Of a DNA stretch of 64,000 bases, positions 45,766 through 57,933 are shown one piece after another. Made by a program: the position numbers and the translations under genes. The notes below the pieces were generated by a model, which worked only from the letters and a program-made list of their open reading frames with translations, ran no database searches and was not told the DNA's origin. Source of the DNA: Lama guanicoe. Lineage: Eukaryota. The first letter of the stretch is position 1. Every line of letters starts with the position of its first letter. Location of the stretch: assembly GCA_013239625.1 (NCBI GenBank), contig MU057102.1, forward strand, positions 558,001-622,000. The letters run 5' to 3'.

Positions 45766-48700
45766 GGGTGCTCACTGGTGTTTGTGAGGAGAATGAATGA
45801 ATGGAGATTCCCTAATGAGGTACTTCCTTTCTGCCCAGGGAATCAGAGGTTACCAAGGAGCTGACCTCTGTTTTACATGCAGGACGAGTGACAAATCTTC
45901 CTTCATATGCATTTTTTCCACTCTGTTTCCCACCCATCGGCTGGCGTGTGTGGGTGGGGAGGGACCTTTGGAGGACAGAAACTGTGGTAGGAGAGGGGCA
46001 GCCGGCTGCAGGGGGGTGGGAGGTGCTTCTGCCAGGAGGATTTGGTTTCTGGAACCATCGGCTCCGTCTCCACCTCCACCAGGATGCGAAGGGGAAAGCA
46101 GGAGCGGGTCTTATTCGTGCCAACGCTTGGACCTGTGCTGATGCAAACAGAAGACTTCCCAACCCTGGGTTTGCAGAGGTGGACAAAACTGATGCCCAGT
46201 GGCCTGGCTGGGGTGCCCTGTGTACTGACACTCTCACCTGTTGTCACTGGGCGTGGGGACCTCAGCACGCAGTAGGTGGCCCACAAAGGTAGCACATAGT
46301 AGGTCTGCAGGCAGATTTCCTTGGCACACCCCACCTCTCTTCCTGGAGGGTGGTTTCTCTTCCAGAGCATCCTGTTTGTTTGGCCCAAATTCCGGCCTCT
46401 CTTCTCAGTGCTGTTTGGCCTCAGAGCCGGGCAACTTTATTCTAGAAAGGACAGGAGCCAGACCTTGGAGGCAGAGGCCCAGCCAAGGGTGAGGAAGGGG
46501 CAGCACTCCGGCCCCAGACAGTTTTCAGCCGGTGAGTTGGTGCCCCATGGATGTCATTGCAAATGACAGATGAGGGCCTGAGGCAGGGGCCTCACAGCAG
46601 GGGCCGCACCAAATGCATTTTCCTTTTGTGTCTCCGCCTGACTTGCTCAGCTTTCTTGGCCTAGGGAGGAAGGCCGGGAAGTGACACTGGAAAGTCCTTG
46701 TGCTTTAGTTTTGAGTCACATGCTCTGGCCTGGTGCTGGGCTTCTGCAGGAGGGGCCTGGGCTCCAGGGCAGGGTGGGGCATTGCTGGCCTGCATGCTGG
46801 GGGCGTCTTGGTGAAGGGGATACCCCCAAAACAAACCTGCGCACTGGCCTGGGTGGGTGGCACTTTACTCCCCTCAAGCACAGGACTTCTGAGAAAAATC
46901 AGGTGGCTCCGACATGGTCCTGGCCCAAGAGGAGCCCACTGACCTGTGGGGCGGCAGCTCCGGGGCCCAGGGCTGGGCCAAGGGGGTCCCCGGCACCAGG
47001 GCAGCAGGCCCTGCCTGGGATGCTTCTTGGTGGAGGTGATGCTTACCTGAAGCCCTGAAGGATGAGCAGGAGATGGAGGAGGGACCGCGTGTGCAGAGGC
47101 GTGGAGGTGGGCAGGGCAGGTGGCCGGTGGCAGGACCTGGGCTCCGGTCTGTGGAGCAGTGTCCGAGCGGGGGATTAGCAGCAGGTGGACGGAGGGGTGG
47201 CAACAAGTCTGGAGATGCTAAGGTGCAGCCCCAGAAGCTTCTCTGATGTCACTCCCACTGGCCAGGCAGCGAGCTTTGATTTGAAAGTGGACGTTCTCCA
47301 AGTCTCACCTTGAGAGGTGCAGTGCAGACTGTGGCATTGGACTGGGCCACACAGGGGTCGGATCTGAGCCTTCCTGAGCTCACTGTGACCCACAGCAGTG
47401 CCACCTGGCCCCTGGGACAGGCAGTCACCCCTGGGTACTCTGAGTTTCTGGGATGGCTGTCCTGGGGCGTCTGACTTCCTGGCATAGACTCAAGTCTCTG
47501 ACCTCTGGATGGGCTACCTCAGGGCCAGCTCCTCTTCTGTCACCCTCTGAAGCAGAGGAAGGGACAGACAGGACAGGGCTGGGGTGCCCGGGGACGTGGC
47601 CTGGTTGGGTGCAAGAGCCTTTGTATGATGCCAGCTGGCCACATCAGGGACACTTGCCAGTAGCTGTCCCCCTGGGGAGAAGAACCCAGCAGGCAGCCTC
47701 TGCCCCTGGTTGGCCGGGGCCGAGTAGGGTGAGTGTTGGCCTGGAGCCTTGGCAGAGCAGACAGAGAGGAGGCCCACGTCCTCCACCCACGTCAGTGGCC
47801 CCACTTGGAGCCTCCCTGCAGAGCCCAGTGTCCTCAGCGTCCGAGGGTGCCGGGCTGCTGCAGGTGTAGTGCCCGGTGCGCCTCCTCCTTGTCAGGAGTC
47901 GCCCAGCGGCCCTGCGAATCCCCGCCGGGGTGCTCAGTGAGTTTGGGGGAGGCCGGTCTGAGCAGCCTGTTGGGGCACCCGCGCCCACTGCCAGCAAGCA
48001 GACTCTTGGGCTGGCCCCGTGGGAGCTGGAGGCCCCGTGGGGTCTCCAGGCTGAGGGGCACAGTGCCCGGACCTGAGAGGACCTATCCCCACAACCGCTG
48101 TCCCACGTCTCCGCAGCTCATTAGGGATGTGGGTGTGCAGTCCCTGCCGGCCCCCTAAAGCAAGAAGCCCGGTTCTGAGATGGGGACAGACACTCAGGGG
48201 GCCGTGTCTTCTCAAGGGCAGGAGGCAGGACCGGCCCCCATACCGGGCTGACCTCAAGCTCCTGCCCGTCTCCAGGAGCATGCGGCTGCCAGGCCGGCTG
48301 CCAGCAGCAGTGCGCTCCAGGCCTGGCCCTCCTCCTTGGGGTCCCTACTCAGGCTGGCATCAGGGGACTACTGTCACACCCTCAGCCTGGAGCCCTAGCC
48401 CAGGGCTGCCCCAGAGGATCCCTGACTGAGACGCTGCTCGCCAGGACCTTCCTGGCAGTGAGATGGATTTTCTTACGCTGGGCGTGTCTGTCAGGAGCCT
48501 GGAGGCTGTCCCAACATGCTCCAGCAGTTCCCAGAACCTCTGCTGTCTCCATGGGGGTGTTTTTGGGAATGATCCAAATCACGTACAGGTTGTACTTTAG
48601 GCTGATATCAAATCTCACCATTTACCTGTACTTACTCTATACAAAATAGACCAAAAGGAAGATGGGGCACTGCCCCCCAGGCGTACGCACACACACACTC

Positions 48701-51492
48701 TCACACGGACAGCCCCGGGGGCCCCACCCTGTGGAACTGGCAGCCTCTGACCTCGCCAGCCCTCGTCCTTTGCTCTCAGGGCCTCCGGCCTCAGGGAAGC
48801 AGGGGAGACTCCCAGGAAGGAGGAACCTGCGCAAACGGTCTGACTGAAGTTCCCCAGCGGCCTGTCCCCTGCCAGCTGTCCACGTCCTGTTCAGCCACGC
48901 CGGAGAGACTCACCTCCCGCCCACCTGCCCCCTCGCTTGGCACACACACGCCCTGAGCGGGGAGGACCCAGGGCCGCAGGCCAGAGGTGGCCCTTCCTCC
49001 TGGACGTCCTGGGCTCCTCAGCCTGACTTACTGTTGAGATTGGGCCCCTGCTCCAGCAGGGGATCGAGCACGTGCCTTGGGGGTGACAGGAGGCGTTCAG
49101 CAGAAACGCCCCGTGCTGTGGCAGTGGGGCCGCCAGGCTCCACCTGGGCCGACCCGTGCAGTTCGTAAAGCGCGCTCACGTCCATTCTCCAGTTTGGGCC
49201 TCACTGTTGTCCTTGGTAGGAGCCAGGCCCTGGGAGGCCGCCTGTTAGACGTCAAGGGCTTTTTCTAGGACCCTTTCACCCCAGTGACCTAGAGCCGCCC
49301 TCGTGGGCCCCCTGAATCCGACTCATTTGTCAGTCAGCCGCTTCTCCAGTCTACCCAGCAGTCATCTAGTCATCTAAAAAACACCTCCCATGTGTCTGCC
49401 AGGTGCTGTGTAAGCAGAACACATGCTTATTAGCCCCATTTTACAGAAAGGGGGACTGAGGCTGGGAGGGGTTCCCTCACAGGTCCAGGGCCTCTACTCT
49501 CCTGCTGTGCTGAGTCGTGTGAATGTCCTCCCTCCCGCCCACCTGAGTGACACGCCATCCCCAGGGCTCTGGGATCTGGGGTCTGATTAATCTTAGGCCC
49601 CCAGATGGAGAAGGGCCCAGCCCAGGAAGCCCAGGGCACATATTGCATTGAATTCTGCTCTGCCGGGACCCCCCGGGCACTGAGGCCCAGTCTGTGGCCA
49701 GTGCAGCTGCGAGGCCCAGACAGCTGGGGGCCAGTGCGCCGCTTCAGGGCTGCCGGCTGCTGGAGGAGCAGCCTGAGGCGGGCCTGACGTATAAGTTACC
49801 TGTGATGTCAAGGGCGCTTTCCCGGCTCTAACAAGCCCGTCGCGCCCCGCACCCAGGGCCCCTGCGTCAGTCCGGCAGCTGAGCCGCATCGTGAATTTCC
49901 ATGTCCGTGGGAGGAACGGTAGGCTTGTGGGAATTGCACGCAGAGGGCTGTGAAGTAGAGATTTGGCAAGACTCGTTTCTTGGGAGCGGGAATTTGGTGG
50001 GAAAGAACAGCTGACTTGGCGGGATGTTCGGGTCTGGGAGTAAGCGATGCGACCCCCATCCCGGCCCAGCGGATGTTGTGTTCTGACTGTGAACTCACCT
50101 GGGCTCCGCTGTCTGGTCCTCCTCCTCTCCCCTCTTGGCACCTCCTGCCTGGGGACAGGGAGCATCAGAAATGCCCACCCTCCCCCCAGGGGCAGAGCCG
50201 GAATGTGCCTGGAGCTTTAGGGGAGGCCCCACCAGCAATGTTGAAAGGAACTGGAGAGAAGGAACGCCAAGCCTGAGGACGTGGAGATTCAATCAGTGGT
50301 GTCATTCCCTCTGCAAATTAAATTATTCATCATTCCCTGGTCCTTAATAAGATAATTACTGCCTTTGGTTCTTTCCCCTACTAGAAAGCGACTTACTTTG
50401 TGTCTGAATGTGAAGGAAGCTGTTAAGTTGCCCCAGCCCCGAGAACGAGGGCCAGTTCGCCCAACCCTGCACCCCGAATTCCTTGGCCCAGATCCAGCCT
50501 CGCCCACCACCCCTGAGTGGCCGAGCTTCCTCCTGGGCTCCGAGCTGCTGGTCTGGCCGCTCTAGTCCTCCTCTGCACGGTGGCCTGGGCTCCACGTGAT
50601 CACTGGGAAAACTGTAGCACGTCCATTACGGAGATGTGCTCTAATTCATGAGCAAGGATTTTATGTATGTGATAAAATCATGCTCCAAATAGAAAATTTC
50701 AAGGGTGAGCTAAGACATGAAATGGAATTCTCTATTTTAACATGCTTGAGGCTCATCCTGGCCCCCCTGCTGGTGGAGGAACAAATCCAGTGATGGGAGG
50801 TCTTTGCTCAGGCCGGTCCACGCCTGCTGGCCTCCTCTGGGGCTGGAGCCAGGAGCTGGCAGGGCATTCTGGGTGCAGCGCTTCTGAGCTCTGCTTAACC
50901 CTCCCAACTCCTGCTGCCCGAGATGTGCTCCGAGAGCCTGCCCCAGACCTGCCTGCCCCCTCTGAGTCTGCCTTTGAACGAGAGCCTGGGGTGAGTCCGG
51001 ACACCTCACCGCACTGTGAGCCGCACTGCTCTGCGGGGTCCTGGGGCCTGCCCTCACCCTGCACCTGCCCGGCAATCCCACCCTGGGCCCAAGCCCCGGC
51101 TGGGCTGTCTCTCCAGCCCACAGCCTGGCCCTCCCCAAGTCCCCTCCAGTCACAACCCGGGCCTTTCTCTCTGGAAGCTGCCTGATGGATGCCCACTGCC
51201 ATCTCGCAGGGAGCCCCCTCCTGCAAGCCCCTCACACTGGCTCTGCTGGCCTGGCTTCAGTCTGTCCCCTACTCCCTGGGGCTCCATGACAGTAGAAACA
51301 TCATTTTTTTTTTGTTTCTGCACAAAGAACGTGACAAGTCCCTGGCCCATGGCTGAGCACCATTCTTTTTATCTCCCAATTTAAAAAAATGCCCGTAACT
51401 TAAAATTGACCATTTTTAGGGGTCCAGTTCAGTGGCATTAAGTCCTTTCACATTGTTGCAGTTGTCACCACCATCATCTCCAGAACTCTTTT

Positions 51493-51623
51493 GTTTAATT
51501 GAAGTCAGTTACAGTGTGTCATTTCTGGTGTGCAGCGTATTGTCCCAGTCACACATGGATGTACGTATGTTTGTTTTCATAATATTTTCCAGTGAAGATT
51601 ATGACAAAATATTGAATATGGGG
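51493..51623 (-). mobile_element. ~130-bp L1 3' fragment with 10-bp TSD
   Basis: TSD gaactctttt at 51483-51492 and 51624-51633; insert attgaagtcagttacagtgtgtcatttctggtgtgcag...atattgaatat. Confidence 0.85.
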
Positions 51624-52175
51624 GAACTCTTTTCTTCTTCCCATACTGTAACTCTGTCCCCATTAAACACTAACTCCCCCTCCCCAGCCCCTGGCGCCCA
51701 CCATCCTACTTTCCGTCTCTGTGCGTTTGACTCCTCTCAGGACCTCATCTAAATGGAATTCACGCTTGTCTTTTTGTGACTGGCTTATTTCACTGAACAC
51801 AGTGTCCTCAGGGTTCATCCCTGTTGTAGCAGGTGTCAGAATTTCCTTCCTTTTAGGGCTGAGCGACATCTCACTGTGTGCATGGACTGCATTTTGCTTG
51901 TCCCTCCCTCCACTGATGGACACTCGGGCTTCTCCCACGTCTCAGCTGTTGTGGATAATGCTGCTATGAGCATGGTGCACAGGTTCCGTCTTGAGATCTT
52001 GCTTTCAATTGTTTTGGGTATATAATCAAAAGTAGAATTGCTGGATCATAGAGTAATTCCATCTTTAATTTTTTGAGGACCCGCCGTGATATTTTCCTAG
52101 TGGCTGCACCATTTTACATTCCCACCAGCAGTACAGGAGAGTTCTCATTTCTCCACATCCTCGCTAACACTTATT

Positions 52176-52400
52176 TTCTTTTCTTCTTTTTTTAAACTGA
52201 AGTACAGTCAGTTACAATGTGTCAATTTGTGGTGCACAGCACAACGTTCCAGTCATGCATATACATACATATATTCGTTTTCATGTTCTTTTTCATTAAA
52301 GGTTATTATAAGATATTGAATATAGTTTCCTGGGCTTTACAGGAGAAATTTCTTTTTTATCTATTTTTATATGTAGTAGTTAATATTTGCAAATCTTGTT
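52176..52400 (-). mobile_element. ~220-bp L1 3' fragment, camelid-type
   Basis: T-rich tail then tgaagtacagtcagttacaatgtgtcaattt...ggttattataagatattgaatatagtt...atatttgcaaatct. Confidence 0.85.
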
Positions 52401-55400
52401 ATTCGAATCTTTTGTCCATTTAAAAAATCGGTTTGTTTGTTTTTCTGTTGTTAGAGAACCCCCCCTTCATAGTTTATAAATGACTGTTTACATCCTCAAC
52501 TTATTCGCGTGCAGACAGCGCAAGGGACTCTGGTTCCCGTTTCCCAGGCGATGGCACCGAGTAGGGCAGTGAGAACATTCTGGAACATTGCCACATGCAC
52601 CCTTCCCTGGAGGTGATGGGCGAGATCATGAAGAGGGGGCTGGATTTTTAACGGTTGTTTACGGAGACAGGGGGGAAATGGATTTCCTGGGAAGGGCTCT
52701 GAGAGGCAGTGACATCAAGGTCATCTGGGTTCCTAGGAGGGGAAGAGCGATGCCCAGGCCACAGCCCGTGTGTTCGTGAAGGGGTCTGTGCGTGAGCAGG
52801 GGGCCGAATTCCTCCTTCTGTCCGGCATTTCCCTCAAGCGTGTGCCAGTCACACTGTGGCTTCTTGCTGAACAAGCCCCGTCTGACTCCCCAGCCTTGGT
52901 GGCAGGAGCAGAGGTCTCATCTCTCTGATCCCAGGCTGACCTGTGGGTGCTGGACGTAGCTCGAATCTGACAGGCAGCTGTCTCTGGGCCCAAAGCTCTG
53001 AGGAATAAAACTGAAACTTCAAGAAAAGCCTCAGCCCCAGTATCAGGGAGAGGATGCCCGGGTGACGCTGGAGAGTGTGTGAACCGGCTCACTCTCTGCT
53101 GGCCCCAGACTCTGAGTTAAAAGTGTGAAACCACAAGAAGGAGAGGGGAGGGGCTGGCGTTTGCTCTCCCACCAGGCACTCTGGAGGGCAGGTGGGCCGG
53201 GCAGACTTGGAGTCAGATCGGGGCTGTGAGCCAATCACTTACATTTGTGAGCCTCAGTGGTTTCATCTGTAGAATGGGGAGAAGGGCAGCCCAGAGCTCT
53301 AAAGACGGGCTTCAGGAGCAGGGGTCGGACTTAGAGTGCTGGCCTGCTGTGATTAACCCTGTTGCACAGGCGTGGAAACCACGTCACTGACAGCATACAA
53401 CCAGGGAGTGAGGGGCAGAGGCGGGCCCCCAAGGCCAGCTCTGAGTGCCACGCTGGGAGCCCTTCTGAGTGAGGGACCCACAGGGGCTCTGGGGAATTCA
53501 GTCCCACAGTGATAGGATTTGCCATGTAGCCTGTTAGTGACAAGCAAATGGGGCTCTGATGTCAGAGGCCCAGTTTTGAATCCGGGATGTATTCCCGGCT
53601 GTCCGACTCTGGGGAGGCGAGAGGGGGTCATCACTTGGCTTCCCTGGTGCTCCACTCATGTATTTTTGGAAGGGGATTTAAGAGATACCCACACATAGTA
53701 GGTGCTGAATGAACGTCTCCTTCCTGGAATGGAGGTGTGAGTTTTATCTGATCTCCCTGGGTGGGGGCCGGCTCAAGGACCTCTGGGGACAGACCTAGAC
53801 CCACTCGCTGCTCTCCACGTCCTGTCGGAACCGTAGACGCTGGAGCTGGCACAGCACTTTGTTGTTTAGCTTCGGGGGAAATCGGATCCGTGATTTGTGC
53901 TTATTGAATGTGGAAACAGTGGGGAGGAACGCTGGGCGGACTTGGGGAGACGGTGGCGCCGCCCCTGTTTCCGGCTCGAGCGCAGCGCAGTGCATACAAA
54001 CGGCCCCTATTAATTGTTCGGCGGGAGCCGCGTGCCGCCTGCATACTGATGCACAGTAGACTGGCGGGGAACTGGTTTCCCAGCTGACACACCAGGAGCC
54101 CAGATCCAGCAGCCGAGACCAGGATGTGTGGGGGGCTGTGATTTTAAATGGGCTGCCCCGGGCCCCCACGCGGGGGTACCGCGGGATGCAGAATGAGTGA
54201 CGGCAGAATGTTATTTCCTTACTTAGCTTTTGGAACCAATAGTGAACCAAGTGTTAATTAACTCATCCACTCAAGCATGTGTTGAGTGTCTACTCCGGCC
54301 AGAATTAAGCTAAGAGCTGGAGGTGTCACAGTGACCAGGACACATCCCTACAGTCCAGAACTTTCCAGTCAAGAGGAGTGAAATGGACCCAGATCGCTTC
54401 ACTGTCATGTGACGTCATGGTGCTGGGATCCGGCCCACAAAGCCTGCCCAGACGCTCGTGGTTGAGCCGCTGCTGGCTGAGGGGGGTCCGAGGAGGCTCC
54501 GTGGGAGTGGGCCAGGCGGGGTGCTTTGTGGTGGACATTGAGGGATGAACAGAAATTCACTGAGTGGGGGAGAGCGGGTGCTATAGGAGAGGGTGCAGCC
54601 TGAGCTCAGGGTGCCCGAGGGACTGTGGGCTCCTCAGGGAGATGGGAGCAGCATGCTGGTGTAGGGGAGGTTGGATGGGGTGGAGGAAGAAATACACAGA
54701 TAGCAGCTTTTGAGAGGCCTCGAGCGCCATGGTAACCACTGGCCGAGGCCACGTCTCGATGGCAAAGGAGCCGTGGCAGTGTTTTAAGCAGTGGAGGGCC
54801 ACGGTCAGGTTTGTCGTCTAGGGAGGTATGTGTTGCCTCAAGGATGGATGATTTAATGGTGTTTGTGTCCAGTGGTGGTAGTAAGCACACCCAGGATGAC
54901 TCACAGTCCTGGGAGCCCCAAGAAACAGAGTGCTTCGACCACTGCCAACGAAATCAGTGGAAAAGGAAGCACAGAACAAAAGCCCACCCTCAATTTCCCC
55001 CAGCCAGACCTTCTGGAATTTCAGCACCGTCAAGCATAGAGCCTCGCCCAGCGTGGGGCGGGATGGGGAGCCCACGCCTGTGCCCGGGGAGGGGAGAGGT
55101 TGCGGCCGGCGCCTTGGGTCTAAAGGCCGCCCAGCTCTGGCCGTCTCCCCACAGCGCCCGGGCCTCCCTCAGATCCCCCTCACGTTGGGCTGAGGTCCAG
55201 GGAGCCCTCTGTGGTTTTGTCTCCGGTCCTGGGGGGCCTTCCTGGCCCAGTGTCCAGGCCCTTCTGCTCAGCAGGAATGTTCTCCTGCATTTAGCCCTGA
55301 AGCATCCCCTGGGCCTGAACATTTAATTCTAGGTTTCGATTCTCCTTGGCACTGCTAATACGCTTTCTCTGAAAGCAACAACCTTGCGGGTTTCTTTACA

Positions 55401-56699
55401 ATGTAAAATGTGTTTCATTCGGGCTGCATTCCGCAGCGGGGCGGAGGTGGGGTCGGTGCAGGGGCGGGCAGGGAGGCAGAGCGCTCCCCGGGCTCCCGCG
55501 CTCCCCGCTCCGGACAAGGCGGGGTGCGGGGGCCAAGCCCGTGGGAGGAGCTGCAGGCTTCGATGTTTGCGGTGGCCCATCTGCTGTCAGCAGGGGGCTG
55601 TTCTGCACATGCCCTCACTGTTTAAAGTTTGTTTTTCCCTCTTTTATGAAAATACAAAGTCTCTGTAGGAAATGTAGGCGATGTTGAAGAGGAAGAAACC
55701 CCCTCCATCCCATGTGCCAGAGAGGAAGGCTTCACTCCTTCCAATAGTTACGCATTTTTAATAGGGTTAATATGTAATCTCTGTAGACGAAAACAGAAAA
55801 TGACTCAGGTGGAAAGCATGACTCGCCAGCAGTGCTGGGCTAAGCAGTCGAGGCACCATCACCCTGAGGTGGGTTCTCTCTTGTTCCCATTTTGCAGGTG
55901 AGGAGACTGAGATTCAGAGAAGTGAGGGCTGGGCCAGGCAGTCAGCCTGTTAGAAACTGAAACAAAATGGCCCCAGATCTCACCGGTGGAAGATCGCCAC
56001 TGTCCCCGGGGGCCCTTCCTCCGGGTGTTTTCCATACAAAGGGACACAAAGCCAAACGTCAGGTCACGGTGTTAACTGCTCCAACCAACAGCCCACACCT
56101 AGAGGTGTATCCCTGGCCTTGCACGGCCGGATGCGGCCTGTGGGGTGGGTGGGGCCTTGGATTCTATGTTGTCTCTTTTTAGAGCAGGCTCCTAACATCA
56201 TTCTGGACCACCTGCTGTATTCCAGGCCCTGGGCTGGTCCCTGGGATACTGAGTGGCTGGGATGAGGACTAGGGGGATGAAAACAGCTTAGGGGCAGCCA
56301 CATGCAAAAGGCCGTGGGCTCTGGGGGACAGCGAGGCTGGCTCCATGCAGCTGTGAGCGTGGCCTTGATGTAAAAGCAAGAAGGGCTGGAGTTACCCTCT
56401 GCCCGTGTGAAAGCCAGGCAGGCCTCACAGTTCTGGGGGGGGGCACTTGGGGAGGTTTGTTGAATGAATGAATGAATGAATTCCTCAGTTGAAATGCACT
56501 CCCTCGTCCCAGTTGGTTGTTTCAGATTCTAATCGTCTCTTCTGCCTTGACAGACTCGCTGTCAGCCTTGTGAGGGGGGAGTGGGGTTGATTACTGAAAG
56601 GCAAGGCTGTTCCCGGGCATTTAGGGGTTTGGGTCTTGACCCCTTCCCCTTCCTATTAAGAGCAGCAGATCTGATGTCAGGCAGACCTACCTCCAAATC

Positions 56700-56890
56700 C
56701 CCGCCTCCGCATCTGGTGGCTGTGTGACCTTGAGCAAGTTGTGTAACCTCTCTGAACTCCAATGTGTTCATTTAGAAAACAGGAAATAAACTGCAGGATC
56801 TTGACGCGTCATTGTGAGGGCAGGTGTGAGGAACGCAGCACAGCAATGCTGTTCGACAGCAATGATGTCGATGGTGATGGCGGTGGTGGT
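56700..56890 (+). mobile_element. MIR fragment
   Basis: tggctgtgtgaccttgagcaagttgtgtaacctctctgaactcc...cattgtgaggg. Confidence 0.75.
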
Positions 56891-57184
56891 GATAATTACA
56901 AAGGTCACAGCGAGGAGCTGAGAACAGAAGACAGAGATCCCAGCCTCGTGGACAAGGATTGCTTCCCCAAGAACGTCACACTCTGAGAATTCCCGGTTGG
57001 CTTGGTGCAGACCCTGGCTGTAAGCTGCGGGGTTCGTTTCTCTTCCCCCAGGCTTCCTGGAGGAGTGGGAGCAGGAGAGGGCGGATCAGAACCCCCGCAG
57101 GGGTCTTGTTTATCCAGGCAGATTCTGCTCTCAAAACGCCTCTCTGGTCTGTAGCTTTCTTCCAGCTGCAGAGGGCTTCCACGT

Positions 57185-57343
57185 CTCTAGCCATGGCCCC
57201 CAGGCTCTTGGGGTGCTTTACAAAGTACAAGCCTGGATCCCACCCCTAGAGATTCTGATTGAACTGGATCGCGGTGGGGCCCCTGTGTCTGTTTAGAAAG
57301 CTCCCCAGGTGATTCCAGTCTGCAGCCAAGGCTGTGAGCCCTG
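57185..57343. mobile_element. MER5A-like hAT-Charlie DNA transposon fossil
   Basis: cctggatcccacccctagagattctgattgaactgg...ggtggggccc...aagctccccaggtgattc...tgcagccaaggctgtgagccctg. Confidence 0.8.
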
Positions 57344-57719
57344 CAAGGAATTTCATCCTTTCACATTGCAGGGATGTTTAAAAACAATCTCCCACCTGGC
57401 GCCTGGCGGGGAGGTGAGATTAGTGGCACAACCAGAATTTGTCACCAGAGAGAGGGAGGTGGCTATTACCAGACAGTGGCCCTCATGTTTAGCCACATTG
57501 GAAAGAAAAAAGAGAGGAGGTCAGAGGTCACAAAGGAGGGCAGCAGGTGAACTGACATCACAGGAATAGGGGGTCCAGTCTCCCCCAGGCAGGTTCATGG
57601 CCAAGGGACAGCTTCTCCTTCTCCTCCTTGAGCCTTATCACCTCCTGTCTTCAAATGAATATGTGGTGCTCTGATTGGCTAAGGGAACTACTCAGGGTCA
57701 CACAGCGAGTTATCACGTC

Positions 57720-57933
57720 NNNNNNNNNNNNNNNNNNNNNNNNNNNNNNNNNNNNNNNNNNNNNNNNNNNNNNNNNNNNNNNNNNNNNNNNNNNNNNNNN
57801 NNNNNNNNNNNNNNNNNNNNNNNNNNNNNNNNNNNNNNNNNNNNNNNNNNNNNNNNNNNNNNNNNNNNNNNNNNNNNNNNNNNNNNNNNNNNNNNNNNNN
57901 NNNNNNNNNNNNNNNNNNNNNNNNNNNNNNNNN
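57720..57933. other. Assembly gap (214 N) running into a (CCAT)n-like repeat (57934-58002)
   Basis: Run of N followed by tccacctacccatcatccatcc... Confidence 1.

Larger units (their letters stand above)
51385..52450 (-). mobile_element. L1MB-like 3' fragment hosting two younger L1 insertions
   Basis: taacttaaaattgaccattttta...gttcagtggcattaagt...cattaaacactaactcc...tgactggcttatttcactg...agtagaattgctggatcata; the - strand ORF 51663-51938 is a degraded ORF2 C-terminus. Confidence 0.88.

Noticed and set aside
46409-46531. Possible 123-nt cassette exon (ctctcttctcAG ... CCG|GTGAGT)
   Set aside because: In the SORCS2 frame it hits TAG within 13 codons; such pseudo-exons are common in large introns and there is no transcript evidence.
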